Shown here: positions 57,331-64,000 of the stretch, piece by piece | How positions within the stretch are numbered: the stretch's first letter is position 1 | How the letters are laid out: each line of letters starts with the position of its first letter | Assembly (NCBI GenBank): GCA_951406725.2 | Contig: OX597825.1 | Location: forward strand, 78,120,001-78,184,000 | Reading direction: 5' to 3' | DNA length: 64,000 nt | Source: Octopus vulgaris | Taxonomy: Eukaryota | The notes under the pieces: model-generated | The model's database searches: none | The model's input: only the letters and a program-made list of their open reading frames with translations | Told to the model about the DNA's origin: nothing | Position numbers and translations under genes: made by a program

Positions 57331-57530
57331 ATAAGGCAGCGAGCTGGCAGAACCGTTAGCACGCTGGACGAAATGCTTAGCCCGTCGCTACGTTCTGAAT
57401 TCAAAATCCGCCGAGGTCGACTTTGCCTTTCATCCTTTGCGTACTGGGATCGATCTAATCGACTGGGATCGATCGATCTAATCGATCTAATCGACTGGCC
57501 ACCTCCCCAGGCTGTGTGCCTTAGAAAAGA
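56543..57530 (+). mobile_element. Tandem array of family B SINEs with duplicated SINE plus microsatellite units
   Basis: Units at 57029 and 57333 share diagnostic variants and the same (ATT)n(ATC)n spacer. Confidence 0.88.
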
Positions 57531-58403
57531 TTATTTATCTCCAAGTCTAATCCAGCAGGAGTGTTATCAAAGAAAACGTTCTAAATGTGACCATCCCGTC
57601 TTTTATTTATTTTTTTATAGCTGTGTGCTTAAGAAAATTCCTTTGCACCCATGTGACCTTGTGTTCAGTTTCATTGCCTGGCACCTTAAGCAAGTATCTT
57701 CTTCTACAATAGCCCAGGGGCGCCCGATGCGTTGTGAATGAATTTGGTAGATGGAAGCTGTAAGGAAGTCCTTCATGTGTGTGCGTGCATGTGTCTTTTT
57801 GTTTGTATTTGTTCTTTGCCACCACTTGAAAACCGGTGTTAGTTTGTTTTCGTCCCCGAAACATATTATTTTCTACTCTAGGCACAAGGCCTGTAATTTT
57901 GTGTGGAGGGGGCCAGTCGATTAGACCGACCCCAGTACGCAACTGGTGCTTAATTTATCGACCCCGAAAGATGAAAGGCAAAGTTGACCTCGGCGGAACT
58001 GAATTCTTTATGAATCTTCTCTGGATTGCTTCAAGGTCCGCTGTTAATTTCACACTGGTGGGTGACCATAGCTGTGAGCAGTAATCCAGACGGCTGAGGA
58101 CGAATGTGCTCCAGAGGACCATCATGTTTGTTCAATCATGTATGGCCTAGGGTTAATAATGGTTTCAAATTTTGGCACAAGGTCAGTAATATGGGGGCAG
58201 GGTGTAAGCCGATTGCATGGACCTCAATTCATAACTGGTACTTATTTCATTGACCCTGAGACGATAAAAGGCAAAGTCGACCTCAGGGGGAATTTGAATT
58301 TAGGACGTAAAGACCCGGACAAAATACTGTTAAAAAAATTTTCCAGGCACAGCAATGATTCTGCTAGTTCGCTTTCTTTTAGGCAAGAATGAAAATGCAA
58401 AGC

Positions 58404-58460
58404 ATGTGTAGAACTCCGGATGAAAATGCAGGAAGCATTTTCATCCGGAGTTCTACACAT
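58404..58460. repeat. Perfect 26-bp stem, 5-nt loop hairpin
   Basis: atgtgtagaactccggatgaaaatgc-aggaa-gcattttcatccggagttctacacat. Confidence 0.95.
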
Positions 58461-58853
58461 TCAGCCCATACTAAGCATTTTGTCCAACGTGCTAGCGACT
58501 CTACCAGCTCCCCCACACACACTGGCATTAATAATTGACAACAGCAATAACAACGACAGTATTAAAGACAAAAGCAAAAGATGAAAGATACAAGACGGTA
58601 AATATTCAAAGAATTTTTAATTCCACATTCAACAAGACAACAGAAAATACGACAAACTGTTCGACAGTATCAAGTTTACTGCTTTTGGTTAACATGTTCG
58701 GTTCTTTTTTTAACTTTTTCTCTCTTTTTTCTTGTCTTTTTATTTATTCTTCTTGTTTCTAATCGACGTCAAAGTCTTGATTCAAAAAGAAAACATAAAA
58801 ACAATCACATTGACAAATACGAATAAAACAAGTTTATATATATATACATGTAC

Positions 58854-58960
<107 letters not shown>

Positions 58961-59030
58961 TGTATCTACATATACATATATATATATATATGTATATATA
59001 TACATATATATATATGCACATATATGTTTG

Positions 59031-59068
<38 letters not shown>

Positions 59069-59112
59069 AATATATATAGATATATGCATATGTAAATATA
59101 TATATATGCATA

Positions 59113-59157
<45 letters not shown>

Positions 59158-59292
59158 TATCTGTATATATACATATATATATATATACATACATATACGT
59201 TTGAGATCGTAAGAACGAATTACATCGTATATCTCTAACAACCAACTCTCTATGTAAACTTTACTGTAAACACATACATATACTCCATAAAA

Positions 59293-59326
<34 letters not shown>

Positions 59327-59635
59327 CAAATACATATATACATATATATGTAAATATATACATGCACATGTATATATAGATAGACGATATATAGATATAT
59401 ATGTATTATGAGTATATGTGTATGTGTGTATGCGTGCGCGAGCTCGTGTGTGTATGTAGATGAATATTTATGTATACATATGTTTGTAGCTTTATGTTTA
59501 TGTACAAATTCATTCATATTTATGTAATATATTATATAAACATATATTTATATAGATATGTATATATATACATACCTAGATATAAATACTTATATATTTA
59601 TACACACAACATATGCATACATATGAATATGTGTC

Positions 59636-59690
<55 letters not shown>

Positions 59691-59707
59691 GTGTATATGT
59701 ATATGTG

Positions 59708-59794
<87 letters not shown>

Positions 59795-60297
59795 TTTTGT
59801 ATGTATGTACATATCGATATAGCATGCCGAATGTTGAAGAAGTTCACTTCACAATCACGATATCTCGATTTCGATTCCTCCGCGTGGATCTTCAGCAAGT
59901 GTTCTTTACTGCAAATTCAACCGTAACTTTGTGAGTGAAGCTTGGGTAGACGGAAACAAGACGAAAGCCTGTCGTGACGGGTGGATTTTTTTTTTTACCT
60001 GCAATTTAAAGATCCGACCTTATCACTGTATGTCACATTGATCCAACCTAAGGATTAGCTCAAGAGTAGACATGTGTGGAGAAACCTCATTCTCTTACAC
60101 ACTACTTCAATGCTGCAAGTTCATTTTATCTGCCCCGACATCCGAAACTCGGAGTTTTATTATGGCAACCGAATAATTGTCACATTTTATATTACATATA
60201 TATATATATACATGTATGTATATATATATATACATGTATGTGTATATATATATATATACATGTATGTATGTATGTGTATATATATATATATACATGT

Positions 60298-60372
<75 letters not shown>

Positions 60373-60381
60373 TGTATCTAC

Positions 60382-60428
<47 letters not shown>

Positions 60429-60468
60429 TATGCACATATATGTATGTATGTGTATATATATATACATG

Positions 60469-60511
<43 letters not shown>

Positions 60512-60829
60512 CCTCCTTCAAATCTGCATTACTTGTACAGGTGCGCGACGTACATGTCGAATGATGAAATGACCTCAGAGCGACGGGAAACGTAATATTT
60601 TGCTCAAGAAACACAACGCAACGCCCGGTCTGCGAATCGAAACTACCATCTCACAATTGTGAGTGCAACGCCCTAACAACGAAGCTTTGCCCCTTCACGC
60701 ACATACACACACGTATACGTATGTATGTGTGTATATGAATATATATATTATACACACAGACATGTCTTGCTATATTTTTATGTATATATGTATATATTCA
60801 TTTGTGTATTATATATATATATATATATA

Positions 60830-60874
<45 letters not shown>

Positions 60875-61194
60875 ATATGTACATACATACATACACACAG
60901 ACGTACGCATGTATACATGTGTAGAGGTGCACGGCTAAGTCTTTAGGAATGCCGCATTCATGATCGGAAGATTGTGGTTTCGACTTCTAGACCGGTCGAT
61001 GTGTTGTTTTCTTGAGGAAACCATTTCACCTTGCCCTGGTTCACTAATCTAACAAAAGTAAGTGATTCTGCCACGGACCTTCGACCCGTCAGGGGAAAAT
61101 ATTTACCAATATCTCCCCACCTCCACTCCCACCACACAGAATCCAGGGAATCGGCCTTATGAGTCTATGGATCAGGAAGGGCCTTTGACTTTTG

Positions 61195-61945
61195 TATGTA
61201 TGTTTTATGTATGTATGTATGTATGTATGTATGTATGTATGTATGTATGTATGCATGTATGCATGCATGTATGTATGTATGCATGTATGTATGTATGTAT
61301 GTATGTATGCATGCGTGCATGTATGTATGTATGTATGTATGTATGCATGCATGTATGTATGTATGTATGTATGCATGCATGCATGTATGTATGTATGTAT
61401 GTATGTATGTATGTATGTATGTATGTATGTATGTATGTATGTATGTATGCATGAATGTATGTATGTATGTATGTATGTATGTATGTATGTATGTATGTAT
61501 GTATGTATGTATGTATGTATGTATGTATGTATGTATGTATGTATGTATGTATGTATGCGTGTATGTATGTATGTATGTATGTATGCGTGTATGTATGTAT
61601 GTATGTATGTATGTATGTATGTATGTATGTATGTATGTATGTATGTATGTATGTATGTATGTATGTATGTATGTATGTATGTATGTATGTATGTATGCAT
61701 GCATGTATGTATGTATGTATGTATGTATGTATGTATGTATGTATGTATGTATGTATGTACGTATGTATGTATGTATGTATGTATGTATGTATGTATGTAT
61801 GTATGTATGTATGTATGTATGCGTGTATGTATGTATGTATGTATGTATGTATGTATGTATGTATGTATGTATGTATGTATGTATGTATGTATGTATGTAT
61901 GTATGCATGCATGTATGTATGTATGTATGTATGTACGTATGTAGG
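61195..61945. repeat. About 750-bp (TATG)n microsatellite
   Basis: Direct reading; source of the MYVC and HTYI ORFs. Confidence 0.97.
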
Positions 61946-61959
61946 TACCTATATGAATA

Positions 61960-62450
61960 TAGAGCCCATACTGCAGTTGAGAGCAGCGTTTCAACACCAT
62001 CCATTCTCGCAGTTTTGGACGCATCCTAAACATCAACTAAAGTGACCAAGTCATGAACAGTAACTTAGTACAAGTTTCCCCAGAATATATGCTTCGTATC
62101 TCAAGGAAGGGAATCAGAAAAGACCTACTTTACGTAACGGAAAGCAGTAAGTGACGGTAGGATTGACTTCCTTTTAGGGATGTCTTCAACTGTGCCATAT
62201 GGAATCCTTGCATGTGGACGTGGGTGAGGTGGGCTGATATTGCAAGCAAATACTTTCTCAGCAGGACAAAAATTAGACAAGATTATAAAAAGGGAAAAGA
62301 AAAGGCTAGGCTGAGGTTTGCTGCTGAAGGATAAAGCACATGACGAGAAAAGCAGAAGACGGACATTACTAAACGACAACACCTTCAAATACAGTTTCTA
62401 AAGCCAAGACAATCATTCGCGTTTGTGATCAGCAAAAATACACGTTGCTA
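61960..62450 (+). mobile_element. Degenerate RTE-clade LINE 3' fragment
   Basis: EQRFNTIHSRSFGRILNIN*SDQVMN, IRKDLLY..LPFRDV and HSRL remnants match the RTE C-terminal motif order. Confidence 0.7.
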
Positions 62451-62539
62451 TGCCAATACAAACTGAAGTAACACTTTCTAGGTGCAGATCAATGTTCTTC
62501 CGAACTTAACAAATGTCACAGTACAATGTATGCATGTAT

Positions 62540-62580
<41 letters not shown>

Positions 62581-62705
62581 ACATGTATATATACATAAAT
62601 TTACATATATAGACATACATATACATATATATATATATATGCATGTACATATTTGTATATATATGTGTGTGTGTGTGAGTGAGTGTGTGCGTGTGTGTGT
62701 ATGAA

Positions 62706-62783
<78 letters not shown>

Positions 62784-62909
62784 CCAAATTATGCACACAA
62801 ATACATATATTTAAATAGAATGTGTGTGCTTATACACATACGAATAGACATACATATATACACATACGTACATGTATATACGTACATACATATATATATA
62901 CATATACAT

Positions 62910-62949
<40 letters not shown>

Positions 62950-63321
62950 TCATACACACACAGAGAAACACAGGCACGCACACACATCACCGTTACGTAG
63001 TATGTTCGATTTCTCCTCTTCACAAGAGCACGCGCGCACGAACACGCATACACACACTCAAACACATCTCACACACATATATACACACACATACACACAT
63101 ACATGCACAGACACTCACACATACACGCTCATGTTGAACCTGCAAGGAGGAGAAATGAAACTGCATACATAATGTGTGATTTCATATACACATAATTATA
63201 TACAAATATATGCATATATGTAAGCATATATATGTATGAGAACAGTGATATATACCTACATATATATATACATATATACATATGCATAAATAATGGTATA
63301 TATATATGCATATATATAGTG

Positions 63322-63352
<31 letters not shown>

Positions 63353-63589
63353 GCATACATATATATTATATACATACATGCATATATATATATATATACA
63401 TATATAAATATATGAACATATGTGCATATATATATGTATATATGTATATGTATTCATATACATAAACATATATATATATGTATATATATATATATATGTA
63501 TATATATATGTATATATATGTATATATATATATATATATATACATATGCATATATACATATATGCGCGTGTATATATATATATGCGCGT

Positions 63590-63637
<48 letters not shown>

Positions 63638-63654
63638 ATTATTTTTTCCATAAC

Positions 63655-63930
63655 TGAGAAAAAAAGATCAGTTATGAATGCTAGCATGATTTCGTTTAAA
63701 AGGCCCAAAGGTATTGCGTAGAAAATGGGGGTACATTTAAGGGAATTTTGCGACAATTTTGCTGAGCTACATGTGACGGGGCCGAATAATTAGTCCAATC
63801 AACAATGGTAATAAGGAATGCAAAATATTCCTTGGGATACATAACCCTTCTTCTATATTGTGGCCAAGCATTATGTGCCCTGTTGATGGAACGTAAAGTA
63901 TTAATTAGCGTTTTATACAAGACTTTAAAA
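63655..63930 (-). mobile_element. Possible Penelope-like fragment next to (TA)n
   Basis: [11 protein letters not shown] resembles the RKIIWFNPPFS linker motif; weak. Confidence 0.35.
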
Positions 63931-64000
63931 TAATATTTTGAAATAGGGTTTGCACTGACGTATATGTATACAATACATAGATGTATGTAGGTGTGTGTGT

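Overview
Eukaryotic, AT-rich DNA dense in microsatellites and transposons. The repeat families and gene look like an octopod cephalopod (Octopus-like); this is inferred from pattern recognition only. One protein-coding gene is well supported: the 3' part of a nicotinic acetylcholine receptor alpha-type subunit on the + strand. It has four exons (7049-7093, 13903-14012, 16833-17862, 19777-19950) that splice in frame through GT-AG introns into 452 residues, including loops A-D, the Cys-loop, vicinal Cys-Cys, M1-M4 and a cation-type GEK filter. Its first exons were not found and probably lie upstream of the window. Everything else is repeat: three abundant tRNA-derived SINE families, R4/Dong, RTE and Penelope-like retroelement relics, non-autonomous Helitrons, Tc1/mariner relics and MITEs, foldback palindromes and long simple repeats that explain almost all listed ORFs. 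The most notable observations concern possible RNA-level regulation in the receptor introns: a candidate in-frame 18-nt neural-type microexon, a sense-strand hammerhead-ribozyme-like motif, and inverted repeat pairs able to form dsRNA around exons. The receptor also carries substitutions at normally conserved gating and pore positions. No wholly new system is demonstrated; these are testable candidates.
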